In this document: positions 32,019 through 42,380 of the stretch, in pieces
Layout: the number at the start of each line of letters is the position of its first letter
How positions within the stretch are numbered: the stretch's first letter is position 1
NCBI GenBank assembly: GCA_009923445.1
Contig: RFTN01000004.1
Span: 2,438-66,437, forward strand
DNA length: 64,000 nt
DNA from: a bacterium
Lineage (GTDB): Bacteria; Patescibacteriota; Saccharimonadia; Saccharimonadales; SZUA-47
Direction of reading: 5' to 3'
Notes under the pieces: generated by a model
Database searches by the model: none
What the model was told of the DNA's origin: nothing
The model's input: the letters and a program-made list of their open reading frames with translations, nothing else
Program-made: the position numbers and the translations under genes

Positions 32019-32639
32019 ATGGTGCAGGCTCCTGAAATATGGGGTGGGGAAATAACAGACGTCATTCGTGATGTTACATTATCGAGGGGAGTAGTGTCTC
32101 CTAGAGTAGCTTGGCAGGCATCACGCACAGCGATGCGTTATGCGTTCGAGGCTGATTTCTTGCCTTTTGCCGAGACAATACAACTTCTAAATGATTCATC
32201 CAGATTGGTGCGTATAGGTACGTACTCTCCTTTAGAATACTCAGATACCCAAGGCACCATAATCGGTAACCCAAGAGAAATTTCACGAAGCCTGTCTTTT
32301 GTAACAGCTTTAAAGGCATTGCATAGAAGCGTAGGTAGTGATTTTTCAGAAGCTACATTTGCAGGAGTTATGGTTGATCTAGAAAATGCGAGCAGAGACT
32401 TGCATTCGGATTTTGGTGATTATTCGCGCTCGTTTATTCAATTGGCAGGGCAGAGACGCATTGGGTTTATTGACACGACTGTCACTGGTTTTAGAAATGC
32501 TTTCGCAACTATTGTATTGAATCCTGGCGATGTATATTCGATGCGTTTCCGTGAAGATGAATCTACGATCTATCATGCTATCGATTATATTGGTGAACCT
32601 TACTCAGTGGGTGTATACATTAACCACGACGCAGAGTAA
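32019..32639 (+). CDS. hypothetical protein (206 aa)
   Basis: Intact ORF 3 nt after nusA with no obvious RBS and no recognisable motif. It occupies the slot usually taken by ylxR/infB. Confidence 0.4.
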   Translation: MVQAPEIWGGEITDVIRDVTLSRGVVSPRVAWQASRTAMRYAFEADFLPFAETIQLLNDSSRLVRIGTYSPLEYSDTQGTIIGNPREISRSLSFVTALKALHRSVGSDFSEATFAGVMVDLENASRDLHSDFGDYSRSFIQLAGQRRIGFIDTTVTGFRNAFATIVLNPGDVYSMRFREDESTIYHAIDYIGEPYSVGVYINHDAE

Positions 32640-32640
32640 A

Positions 32641-32667
32641 TTAGCACTCTATATTGACGAGTGCTAA
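32641..32667. promoter_or_regulatory. CIRCE operator (HrcA binding site)
   Basis: Exact match to the consensus TTAGCACTC-N9-GAGTGCTAA ('ttagcactc tatattgac gagtgctaa'), 144 nt upstream of clpC. Confidence 0.85.
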
Positions 32668-32683
32668 TTTGGCGTAGTATTAT
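32654..32683 (+). promoter_or_regulatory. putative sigma70-type promoter overlapping CIRCE
   Basis: TTGACG (32654-32659), an 18-nt spacer, then TATTAT (32678-32683). The -35 lies inside the CIRCE spacer and right arm. Confidence 0.5.
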
Positions 32684-32810
32684 GTTTGTATTGGAACAAA
32701 AACAGCGTCCAATCTAAGACAGGAAAAAGAGCAACCGGAGCAAAAATCATATTTTTTGCACCGCGCGCTGAGGAAAACCGTAGGTTGTCCTCAGAAAACG
32801 AAGCGATAAC

Positions 32811-35300
32811 ATGCAAGATGCACAAGACTTTCAGGACTTTTTAAACCATCTAACCGACAACGCGTTGGCTAGCTTAAAACATGCCGATGGCATTGCTCGG
32901 GCTGCTGGCAGTGCTTATGTGGGTACTGAGCATTTGTTAATGGGTGTTTTGGCACAAGAAACCTCTCAAGGGGCCAAGCTCTTAAAACAATCTGGCGTTA
33001 CTTTAGATAAAACTCGCTTAGCAATGAACCTAGGCCCTAAAAACATGACACTAAACATGGGCGCTAAAGGCTTAAGCGAGGCTGCTAAATTAACTCTTAA
33101 AATGAGTTGGGAAATCGCTCAAGAATATGCCCAAGAATTTTGTGGTACCGAGCATATTTTATACAGTATTTTAAGTCAAAAAAACGCAAGTGCTACCGTG
33201 CTTTTGCGTAGCATGAGCGTGAACATTGATGGTATTACTGCCGAACTCGAACAAAAGCTTAACCGTCAAAGCTACGAAGATGATCAATCAGGTTCTGTTA
33301 GCACTAAAACCAAGCGCAAAGTTAAAAAAAGTACAGTAGATCAATACGGTATAGATTTAACCGAGCAAGCCAGAGCAGGTAAGTTAGACCCAGTTGTCGG
33401 CCGCGAGGCGCAAATACGCCGTACTATCACCATTTTAAACCGCCGCACCAAAAATAACCCAGTATTAATTGGCGAACCAGGTGTTGGTAAAACCGCCATT
33501 GTCGAAGGCTTAGCCCAGCGCATAGCTGCCGAAGACGTGCCAGATGCCATGTTAGACAAGCGAATAGTAATGCTTGATTTGGCAAGTATGATAGCCGGTA
33601 CAAAATACCGCGGCGAGTTCGAAGAACGTCTTAAAAAGGTGATGCAAGAGCTAGAAGAAGATACTAAAACCATTGTATTTATAGACGAAATTCACTTACT
33701 TGTTGGGGCAGGTGCAGCCGAGGGCGCCATGGACGCTGGCAATATACTAAAGCCAGCATTAGCGCGCGGAAAAATTCAGGTGATTGGCGCTACTACAACT
33801 AGTGAATACACAAAGCATATCGAAAAAGATGCTGCACTCGAGCGCCGCTTTCAGCCTATTCAGGTTCCAGAGACAAACCAGGCCGAAACGCTCGCCATAT
33901 TGCGTGGCCTAAAAAAGCATTACGAAGATTTTCATTCGGTTATTATAAGTGATGAAGTGTTGCAAGATACCGTACAGCTAGCATCGCGCTACATTCAAGA
34001 TAGATTTATGCCCGATAAGGCCATAGACTTACTAGACGAAACAGCCGCACATTTGCGTGTAGATAAAGGTAAAACTCCGCCACAATTAAGAGCGTTGCAA
34101 AAAGATCTCAAAAACGTTCAAATAGCCATTGAGGATGCTGTCGATGCCGAAGATTACGAAAAAGCTGCCCGCGAAAAGCAAAAGGCAAGCCAGATTCAAG
34201 AAGACCTTGACGCACTTACTAAAAACAACAAAGCTGCAAAGCGCATTGAGGTAAGTAGCGAAGATATCGCTGCTGTCGTATCGCGCATGACTGGCGTTCC
34301 TGTAAATAAGGTTATACATAGTGAAGCAAAATACTTACTTAATCTTGAAAAAAACATCTCTAAGCACGTTATTGGCCAAGACGAGGCCGTAACGGCTGTA
34401 GCTAGGGCTGTAAGGCGAAGCCGAAGCGGTATTAGCAGTGCAAAACGCCCTATTGGGTCATTTATTTTTATGGGTCCTACGGGCGTAGGTAAAACCGAAC
34501 TCGCCCGCGTACTTGCGCGAGAGTTTTTTGGCAGCGAAAAAAGCCTATTGAAGATCGATATGAGTGAATTTAGCGAGCGACATACTGCAAGCCGTTTAGT
34601 GGGTGCGCCGGCTGGCTATATTGGCTACGAAGAAGGTGGTCAATTGACCGATAAAGTGCGCCGCCAGCCATATAGTGTCGTATTATTTGACGAAATTGAA
34701 AAAGCTCATCCAGACGTGTTTAACATGTTGTTACAAATTTTAGAAGACGGCGTTTTAACAGATGCAAAAGGTCGTAGGGTAGACTTTAGTAATACAATTA
34801 TTATTATGACTAGCAACGTTGGTGCCGAAAAGCTTCAAAAAGAAGTAAAACTTGGTTTTGAAGCAACGAGCGATATTGATTTAGGTAACCTTGACGCCTT
34901 GCACGAAGCCAACAAAAGTAAAGTGCACGACGAACTTAAAAAACTCATGCGCCCTGAGCTTATAAATCGCATAGATAAAGTGGTGGTATTTAGGGCGCTT
35001 ACTAAAAAAGACGCACTGCGCATTTTAGATGTACAGCTCGATGATTTACGTAACCGACTAGTTAAGCAGGGCTTAATCTTAGAACTTACCCAAAAAGCCA
35101 AAGAATGGCTAGTTGAAAAAGGCTATGATTCGCAATACGGCGTTAGGCCTTTGCGTCGTTTACTTCAAGATGAACTTGAAGATCACTTGGCTGGTGGCTT
35201 GCTTGAAGACACGTACCACAAGGGCGACCGCATACATGTTAAAGCTAACAAAACAGGTTTAAGTTTTAACACAGCTAACGAACGACATAAACTTATATAA
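32811..35300 (+). CDS. clpC: ATP-dependent Clp protease ATP-binding subunit ClpC
   Basis: N-terminal Clp repeat, two AAA modules ('GEPGVGKTAI' and 'GPTGVGKTEL') and a short middle domain with the UVR-like 'AEDYEKAAREKQ'. Confidence 0.9.
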   Translation: MQDAQDFQDFLNHLTDNALASLKHADGIARAAGSAYVGTEHLLMGVLAQETSQGAKLLKQSGVTLDKTRLAMNLGPKNMTLNMGAKGLSEAAKLTLKMSWEIAQEYAQEFCGTEHILYSILSQKNASATVLLRSMSVNIDGITAELEQKLNRQSYEDDQSGSVSTKTKRKVKKSTVDQYGIDLTEQARAGKLDPVVGREAQIRRTITILNRRTKNNPVLIGEPGVGKTAIVEGLAQRIAAEDVPDAMLDKRIVMLDLASMIAGTKYRGEFEERLKKVMQELEEDTKTIVFIDEIHLLVGAGAAEGAMDAGNILKPALARGKIQVIGATTTSEYTKHIEKDAALERRFQPIQVPETNQAETLAILRGLKKHYEDFHSVIISDEVLQDTVQLASRYIQDRFMPDKAIDLLDETAAHLRVDKGKTPPQLRALQKDLKNVQIAIEDAVDAEDYEKAAREKQKASQIQEDLDALTKNNKAAKRIEVSSEDIAAVVSRMTGVPVNKVIHSEAKYLLNLEKNISKHVIGQDEAVTAVARAVRRSRSGISSAKRPIGSFIFMGPTGVGKTELARVLAREFFGSEKSLLKIDMSEFSERHTASRLVGAPAGYIGYEEGGQLTDKVRRQPYSVVLFDEIEKAHPDVFNMLLQILEDGVLTDAKGRRVDFSNTIIIMTSNVGAEKLQKEVKLGFEATSDIDLGNLDALHEANKSKVHDELKKLMRPELINRIDKVVVFRALTKKDALRILDVQLDDLRNRLVKQGLILELTQKAKEWLVEKGYDSQYGVRPLRRLLQDELEDHLAGGLLEDTYHKGDRIHVKANKTGLSFNTANERHKLI

Positions 35301-35327
35301 ATCGGGTATACTTAGTCTTAGTACTAT

Positions 35328-36287
35328 ATGCGCAAATTTTTAAGTAACTTTTTAATCGTACTGTTGTTTGTTGTCCCGGGGCTCATTTTTTGGCAACGCC
35401 AAAATTTGTATGACTGGTGGACGCTTCGATCATATACTCCCCCTGCTGAGGTAGTGAGTTTAGCTGATAAAACTACTATGACCGACAATGCGCGTAAAAT
35501 TTTTTACGTTGCAAAGCCGCAAGTGCAATCGCAAAAAGATAACTTTAGGCAAGCTTGCCAATCTGCCGAAAAGACCATAGTACTCGGGTGCTATAAAACC
35601 ATAGGAGGCATTTATGTTTATGCTGTTGACGATCAACGCCTTAATGGCATACAAGAAGTAACAGCTGCTCACGAAATGCTGCATGCGGCGTACGACAGGC
35701 TTAGCAAAAAAGAGCGCGTACGTATTGACGACTTGACTGCAAAAGCGTTTTCAACTGTTACAGATGAACGCATACGTAAAAACATCGACAGCTACCGCGA
35801 ACGCGATGCTACGGTAGTACCAAATGAGCTTCATTCAATATTAGGAACCGAAGTTGCAGTACTTTCACCCGAGCTAGAGACATACTACGCACAATATTTT
35901 GCGTCTCGGGCGAGTGTTGTTAAGCTTTCTCAGCAATATGAAGCCGAGTTTAGCAAGCGTGAAGCCAAGGTAGAACAATACGATAACCAGATTAAAGCGT
36001 TAAAAGTAGAAATAGATAACCTTAAAAATACACTCGATAGTCAAGATGCTAAAATTAGCGCTCAAAAAGCTACCATGGACAGCTATTTATCTAACAAATC
36101 GTTTGCAGAGTACAATGCATTAGTCCCAAGTTTTAATGTGCTAGTAAAGTCGTTTAACGCAAATGTATCTTCGCTAAAGGCAAAAATTGAACAATACAAT
36201 TCAATAGTGCAGGCCAGAAACGCGATTGTCACAGAAGAGCAAGAGCTTTTGCAGGCCATAGATACACGTATACCAAACACAAAGTAA
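35328..36287 (+). CDS. membrane-anchored putative HExxH metalloprotein with coiled-coil tail
   Basis: N-terminal TM helix, 'VTAAHEMLHAAYD' (HExxH) and a C-terminal heptad-rich region. Confidence 0.45.
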   Translation: MRKFLSNFLIVLLFVVPGLIFWQRQNLYDWWTLRSYTPPAEVVSLADKTTMTDNARKIFYVAKPQVQSQKDNFRQACQSAEKTIVLGCYKTIGGIYVYAVDDQRLNGIQEVTAAHEMLHAAYDRLSKKERVRIDDLTAKAFSTVTDERIRKNIDSYRERDATVVPNELHSILGTEVAVLSPELETYYAQYFASRASVVKLSQQYEAEFSKREAKVEQYDNQIKALKVEIDNLKNTLDSQDAKISAQKATMDSYLSNKSFAEYNALVPSFNVLVKSFNANVSSLKAKIEQYNSIVQARNAIVTEEQELLQAIDTRIPNTK

Positions 36288-36316
36288 GGGTTATAATACC
36301 TGCAAAGGAGTCATTA

Positions 36317-37657
36317 GTGGCAAAAAAAGCATCTGTTAAATTCGTGTGTAGTAGTTGTGGAGCTGCTTTTGGGTCGTGGACTGGTCGCTGCAACACGTGC
36401 GGCGAATGGAACACTATACAAGAAAAAATTGATACGACGCTGTCGCTACGTGGCCATAAAGGCATGCTTGATCCTAGGCCACTCAGCCAAGTACTAGTGC
36501 AAGATACCGTAGCACGTATTCCAACTGCAATGCCAGACTTAGATACAGTATTGGGCGGCGGTTTGGTGCCTGGTGGGGTTGTATTGCTAGCAGGAGAGCC
36601 TGGTATAGGTAAGAGTACGCTGTTACTGCAGGTTGCTGCTGCCGTACAAAAGCACGGCAAAGTGTTGTATGTTAGCGGTGAGGAATCAGCTCACCAAGTT
36701 GCAATGAGAGCTACACGGCTTGGTGTAGTCGCAGACCACATAGACATCGCTTCAACAGCTGCAACTAATGACATTGCTGCAACAATTCAAAAAGGTGGAT
36801 ACCAGCTAGCAATTGTCGACTCAATTCAAACAGTAGGAGTCGAAGAAATAAGTTCATCTCTTGGTTCGGTTAGTCAAATTACAAACAGTACGCAGCTGTT
36901 AAGTGCCGCTGCAAAGGCGTCAAACACGGCCTTAATACTAGTAGGCCATGTTACCAAAGAAGGTTCAATTGCCGGCCCAAAGGTGCTTGAACACACCGTA
37001 GATGCCGTATTACAGCTAGAAGGCGACCGCTACGGAGGCTTTAAGTTACTGCGTTCAATTAAAAACCGCTTTGGTGCCACGGGCGAAACTGGCATTTTCG
37101 AAATGACAGAAAAAGGTCTCGCATCAGTGGCTAACCCATCTGCAGCGCTGCTTGCAGAGCGTCAAATAGCAGACGGATCGGTCGTACATGCCACTATAGA
37201 GGGCAGCAGGGCGCTTTTAGTAGAAATTCAGGCGCTTGTTAACCCCACGAGCTATGGCTACCCCAAACGGGCTGCTAGTGGCTTTGACAGTAACAGGCTT
37301 AACCTACTTATTGCCATGCTGGAACGTCGTACTAAACTAAAATTAGGCGACAAAGATATTTATATAAACGTTGTTGGCGGCATTCGCCTAAACGAACCCG
37401 CAGCAGACTTAGCGGTCGTTATGGCTATTGCTTCTGCCGCTAAAGGTATGCAATTAAAAAAACATGCAGTCGTATTTGGCGAACTAGGACTAAGTGGCGA
37501 GCTAAGGCACGTACCAATGACCGAAAAACGTGTACAAGAAGCTAAAAAACTTGGTTTTGACGGCGCAATTGGACCTCAAGTTTCAAAAAAAATAACTGGG
37601 CTTGTTTCTGTTAAAACAGTGCGCGAAGCCCTTAATACATTCTTAGAAAAAGAGTAA
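36317..37657 (+). CDS. radA: DNA repair protein RadA
   Basis: Zinc finger 'CSSCG...CNTCGEWNT', Walker A 'GEPGIGKSTLLLQ', 'KNRFG' and a Lon-like C-terminal domain. GTG start. Confidence 0.95.
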   Translation: MAKKASVKFVCSSCGAAFGSWTGRCNTCGEWNTIQEKIDTTLSLRGHKGMLDPRPLSQVLVQDTVARIPTAMPDLDTVLGGGLVPGGVVLLAGEPGIGKSTLLLQVAAAVQKHGKVLYVSGEESAHQVAMRATRLGVVADHIDIASTAATNDIAATIQKGGYQLAIVDSIQTVGVEEISSSLGSVSQITNSTQLLSAAAKASNTALILVGHVTKEGSIAGPKVLEHTVDAVLQLEGDRYGGFKLLRSIKNRFGATGETGIFEMTEKGLASVANPSAALLAERQIADGSVVHATIEGSRALLVEIQALVNPTSYGYPKRAASGFDSNRLNLLIAMLERRTKLKLGDKDIYINVVGGIRLNEPAADLAVVMAIASAAKGMQLKKHAVVFGELGLSGELRHVPMTEKRVQEAKKLGFDGAIGPQVSKKITGLVSVKTVREALNTFLEKE

Positions 37658-37658
37658 T

Positions 37659-38363
37659 ATGAACGAATCAATTCAAACATTCATTATCACCGTAAATACA
37701 CTATTAGTGCTAAGCCTATTTATGAAAAGCAAACCGCAAAGTAGTGGTAAAAAAAAGGCCAGCCTAGTACTAGACACCTGCGCTCTTATAGACGGTCGTA
37801 TCAAAGACATATATTCAACTGGCATAGTAAACACAGAAGTTGTGGTACCGCAGTTTATTTTGCGCGAACTACAAATGCTCGCCGATGGTAGCGATAATCA
37901 TAAACGCTCACGCGCCCGCTACGGGTTAGACATTGCCGAGTCGCTACGCGAACAGCTTGGTAGTTTGTATATTGTTGATGACTATCAGCCGGGCGCTGCA
38001 ACAACTGATGATAAATTACTATTATTGGCTAAAAAGCGCGGTGCCATTTTATGCACAACAGACTATAACCTAAATAAGGTAGCAGCTAACGAGGGAGTTA
38101 TTGTTTTTAATGTAAACGAACTTGCACACGCTATGCGACCAAATTTTTTACCTGGCGAGGAGCAAGAAGTAAAGCTGCTCCAAAAGGGTGAATCTCGTGG
38201 TCAAGCAGTTGGCTACCTAGAAGACGGCACTATGGTGGTCGTAGATAATGCAGCTCACTTACTACAAACAAAACAAGTTGTTGTAATAGAACGTAGTTTG
38301 CAAACGTTGGCGGGTAAAATGAGCTTTGCTCATCTTAAAAACAAGTCTAAAAGAATCAAATAA
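37659..38363 (+). CDS. PIN/TRAM-domain protein (YacL-like)
   Basis: N-terminal TM helix, PIN motif 'LVLDTCALIDGRI', 'TTDYNLNKVA' and a C-terminal TRAM-like domain. The radA-yacL order is conserved. Confidence 0.75.
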   Translation: MNESIQTFIITVNTLLVLSLFMKSKPQSSGKKKASLVLDTCALIDGRIKDIYSTGIVNTEVVVPQFILRELQMLADGSDNHKRSRARYGLDIAESLREQLGSLYIVDDYQPGAATTDDKLLLLAKKRGAILCTTDYNLNKVAANEGVIVFNVNELAHAMRPNFLPGEEQEVKLLQKGESRGQAVGYLEDGTMVVVDNAAHLLQTKQVVVIERSLQTLAGKMSFAHLKNKSKRIK

Positions 38364-38413
38364 TAACGTACAGGCTTCAAAGTTTATAAATCTAAAGGGC
38401 TAACTTATAAACC

Positions 38414-41031
38414 CTAAGGAGCTTTAACGAACAGCTCCGACTTTGCATCGCTGCCACTGTAGAGTAGGCTGTCGGATACCTCTGCTGTAATTGTTTTTGT
38501 ATCGTTAAAAGTTGACTTATAGGTAACCGAATATGGTCCTGAACTGTCAATACTTACCGACCCACCTTCTATTACTTGCCCATCAATCTTAAAAGTTAAT
38601 GCACCCTTAAATTTATCACCACTTAGTGGGGCTGTACCTTGTGTAATTGTTGCAGTAAGCTTGTACGTACCAATTGTTGGTGTAGTGCTAATTGTAAGAC
38701 TTACTGTCGGGCTAATATCTTCACATTTATGAACATCATCTTTTTCTTGACCGGTATCGCTACTGCCTGTTACGAATTTATCACCAGAATACAGCGCTGC
38801 TTCTGCAAAGCTACGTTCTTCTTTTGCAAGTGCAGGGGTACAGTCAGTTGCGATTTTACCAGATACTTTGTCGTATATTTGTTTTTCGCCTGGCTTAATC
38901 GTTGGCTTGACAAACCACGAAGGGTACAGGTCGGTACTGCGACTAGGCTCGCGTGATCCAAGTCCAACGTGCGAGGTTATAACATATGCTGGTAATGTTT
39001 GTAGGCCGGCAGGAACTGCGCGTTTTTCTGGTTTAAGTTCGTCGTGAACACGGCGCATCCAGTTGCCCCAAATGGGCTCTGTCATGGTCTCCATAAAGGC
39101 GCGAGACGCTTTTTGTCTGCTATGATAACCAACCCACACACCAGCAGCATATTGTGTAGAAAAGCCCATAAGCCAACCATCTTTACCGTCATTAGTGGTG
39201 CCGGTTTTTAGTGAAAACTCGTGCCCCTTGTAACGATGGGGTTTATTACTAAAATAGCTAGCGTCAGGATCTGCCATCATGTCAGCAACAATATACGCAG
39301 ATTCTGGTCGTACGACCTGCTCTCCAACTGGTTGTGTCCATTCATATACTTTTTTGTTAGAAGAATCTTCGATTTTAAGTATGTATGTCTGGTCAATACG
39401 GTTACCGTTTCGTGAAATTGTTGTGTATGCATTTACATGCTTATCTAGGCTTAAAAAGGCACCGTCGCCAATTGCTGAGCTCGCATAACACTGAGTTTCT
39501 TCTGTTAGCTTCTCATCGGCATAACACTTGTAGCCGCCGCTGCCGTCTTTGTCTTGTAAGCCAAGCTTATTTGCTAGACCAATAGTCTTGTCAACTCCTG
39601 CAATCAACATTGCTTTAATGGCCGGTACGTTACGCGACCCACCCAGTGCATACCGAAGTGTTACTGGCCCAGGGTAGCGCAAATCGTAATCGTACAAACA
39701 GTTACCACCAGCTTTTGGTACTGCCTTATTTGTACACGGGTAGCCGTCAATAGGCCCTTGTATGTCATACAACACGGTTCCAGCCCCAAAAGTATTTGTG
39801 TTTTCAATAAGAGATAAGTAGTCATAAGGCTTAAAACTTGATCCTGGGGGTAGCGGCTGCTGAGCAAAGTTTATTTCACCTGCTCGTGAACTATCTGCAA
39901 AATCAGCACCTCCCACTAAGGCAACAACCTGACCCGTCTTAACATCCTCGGCAACAAATGCGGCAGTATCAAAAGCATAAAAACTAGGACTCGCGAGCAT
40001 AATTTTAAGCTCTTTTGCGACTTCTTCTTCGGCAATTTTTTGCTTCGGCATATCTAGTGTTGTGGTAACCTTCCAGCCGCCTCGTTTGTAGTTTTTCTCC
40101 GTATACTTAGCTTCAAGCTGATTTTTTGCTGCTAGTACAAAGTAAGGTGCTTGTATACCTGTATATTTAGGCTGACGTGGCTTTATCTTTGCCAGTACAT
40201 CAACTTTTTTTGCTTCATCACGTTGCTCTGGTTTAATTTTGCCCATATCGGTCATAACGTCAAGAACGTAATTTGAACGAGCCAGTAATTGATCTTTTTT
40301 AAATGATTGGCTATAGGGTGAATAGTAGGTTGGTGACTTGGGTATAGATGCTAAAAAGGCTGCTTCATCTAAGGTAAGGTCTTTAGCATTCTTTTGAAAA
40401 TAGGTTCGTGCCGCCACTTCAACTCCGTATTCAATGCCACCATATGGAGCGACTTGTTGTACGCCGCCCTAATAATGCCCTTTGTATCAAATCCGCCGTG
40501 TTTAAAGAAATCTCTATCTTCAACAGCAATAGTGGCATCTTTCATATAATCAGAAATATTATCATATGGAACCGGAACACGTTTTACGGCGTCATAATCT
40601 TCCCACAATAGGGTTTGGCCGGTGCGATCGTAATAACGCACACTGCCGCCTTTGTTACTACCAGAAATATCACGCAAATCAGGTAAGTCTTTTCTAAAGT
40701 AGGCAAATATAGCCATAAGACTAAAAAAGCCTACGACTAGCGCAACACCAGCAAATTTTAAGGCTAGTGTCAGTCCGTCTCGGCTAAACCAAAAAGCAAA
40801 TACTCGTTTTGGGTGTAAACGCCAAAAAAAGCGCTTCACACGTGACTTAGGCAGGCCTTTTAGGCGTGCTGCTTTGCGAGCAAGCTTGGCTTCGCGCCGA
40901 GCAATACTCTTTTCGGTCATAGTGCGGTGAATTTTAACTGTCGAACCAGATTTTGTTACAAACTTATTACCCTTTACTCGTCGTTTTCTGATAGGGGTGA
41001 TAGGCTCTTTAGATTGTGGTTTGTCTGCCAT
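38414..41031 (-). pseudogene. class A penicillin-binding protein (PBP1A), frameshifted with internally deleted GT51 domain
   Basis: There are two overlapping ORFs. ORF 40369..41031 has the TM helix and GT51 motif 1 'AVEDRDFFKHGGFD...IIRAAYN'. ORF 38414..40417 resumes at '...YGVEVAARTYF...LTLDEAAFLA' and has an intact transpeptidase domain ('SSFKP', 'SRN', 'KTGTT'). GT51 motifs GGSTITQQ, RKxxE and SKxxILExYLN are absent. Confidence 0.75.
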
Positions 41032-41116
41032 AATTGTTGTCGCTTGTACTCCAAATTGTTACCTAAACAGTATAGCAAGTTTGCCTGCACATTAGCTACT
41101 TTGTATACTAAGGTAT

Positions 41117-42367
41117 ATGACATTATCAGAAGAACTCATTTGGCGTGGTTTTGTAAACCAAACTACGTTTAAAGACATTAAAGAGCTAGACAGTAAAAAA
41201 TGGACGTTTTATCATGGTTTTGACGCTAGCGCAGACAGTCAGACAATTGGTAACTTGGCCGCCATGATGTTCGACAAGGCTTTTATACGCCATGGCCATA
41301 AAGCTATTTTACTTGCCGGTGGTGCCACAAGCCTTATTGGCGACCCGGGCGGTAAAGATAAAGAACGTGTCTTGCAAACCGAAGAAACGATTGCGCAAAA
41401 CGTAGCTGCGGCTGAAAGTGAGCTAAAGCGTATCTTTGGAGATAGCCAGTTTACTCTTGTGAATAACCTTGACTGGACAAAAGAATTAAAAGTATTAGAC
41501 TTTTTGCGTGACATTGGCAAGCACTTTAGTATGACGCCGCTAGTTCAGCGAGATTATATTGCGCAGAGAATTGGTGAAGGCGGAGCCGGTATTAGTTATA
41601 CAGAGTTTAGCTATACCTTATTACAGGGAATGGACTTTTTACATTTATATGATAAATACGGCGTTAACTTGCAACTTGGTGGTGCCGATCAATGGGGTAA
41701 CTGCTTAAGTGGCGTAGATCTTATTCGTAAAGCCCGAGGTGCAGAAGTGCACACACTAACAATACAACTAGTCATAAACAAAACGACTGGTAAAAAATTT
41801 GGCAAAAGCGAAGACGGAGCCGTATGGTTAGACGCAGATAAAACCAGCCCATACGCGTTTTATCAATTTTGGATAAATGTCGATGACCAAGGGGTTGAAG
41901 ATTACTTGAAGATCTATACAGAGCTAGATAAAGACGCCGTTGACGATATTATGAACGCCCACAAAGAGGCAAGCAGTAATCGCTTTGCGCAGAAGCGGCT
42001 CGCCTACGAGGTAACTGCGCTTGTACATGGTAAGCACATTGCCGAATCGGTGCAGCGAGCGAGCGAAGTATTGTTTGGTGGTAACAGTTACTCTGAATTA
42101 AGTGCAGCAGATTTTGTGGTTCTAAAGGGCGAACTCACTTACGCCGAGGGCCCAGAAGTACCAATCATAGATGTTTTAGTGGCCAATGACCTTGCAAAGT
42201 CTAAAACCGAAGCACGTCAATTTTTGGCATCTAACGCAATATATGTGAACGGCCAACAAATACCACTCAACAAAACTACCATCGAAACCTCTGATACCAT
42301 ACATGGCTATGTTATTATTAGGCGCGGTAAAAACCAGCAAATGCTCTATAAATTAATTCATTCATAA
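41117..42367 (+). CDS. tyrS: tyrosine--tRNA ligase
   Basis: Class I fold with 'YHGFDASADSQTIGN' (HIGH-like) and 'KFGKS' (KMSKS), plus a C-terminal S4 domain. Confidence 0.95.
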   Translation: MTLSEELIWRGFVNQTTFKDIKELDSKKWTFYHGFDASADSQTIGNLAAMMFDKAFIRHGHKAILLAGGATSLIGDPGGKDKERVLQTEETIAQNVAAAESELKRIFGDSQFTLVNNLDWTKELKVLDFLRDIGKHFSMTPLVQRDYIAQRIGEGGAGISYTEFSYTLLQGMDFLHLYDKYGVNLQLGGADQWGNCLSGVDLIRKARGAEVHTLTIQLVINKTTGKKFGKSEDGAVWLDADKTSPYAFYQFWINVDDQGVEDYLKIYTELDKDAVDDIMNAHKEASSNRFAQKRLAYEVTALVHGKHIAESVQRASEVLFGGNSYSELSAADFVVLKGELTYAEGPEVPIIDVLVANDLAKSKTEARQFLASNAIYVNGQQIPLNKTTIETSDTIHGYVIIRRGKNQQMLYKLIHS

Positions 42368-42380
42368 ACAAAAGGACCCT

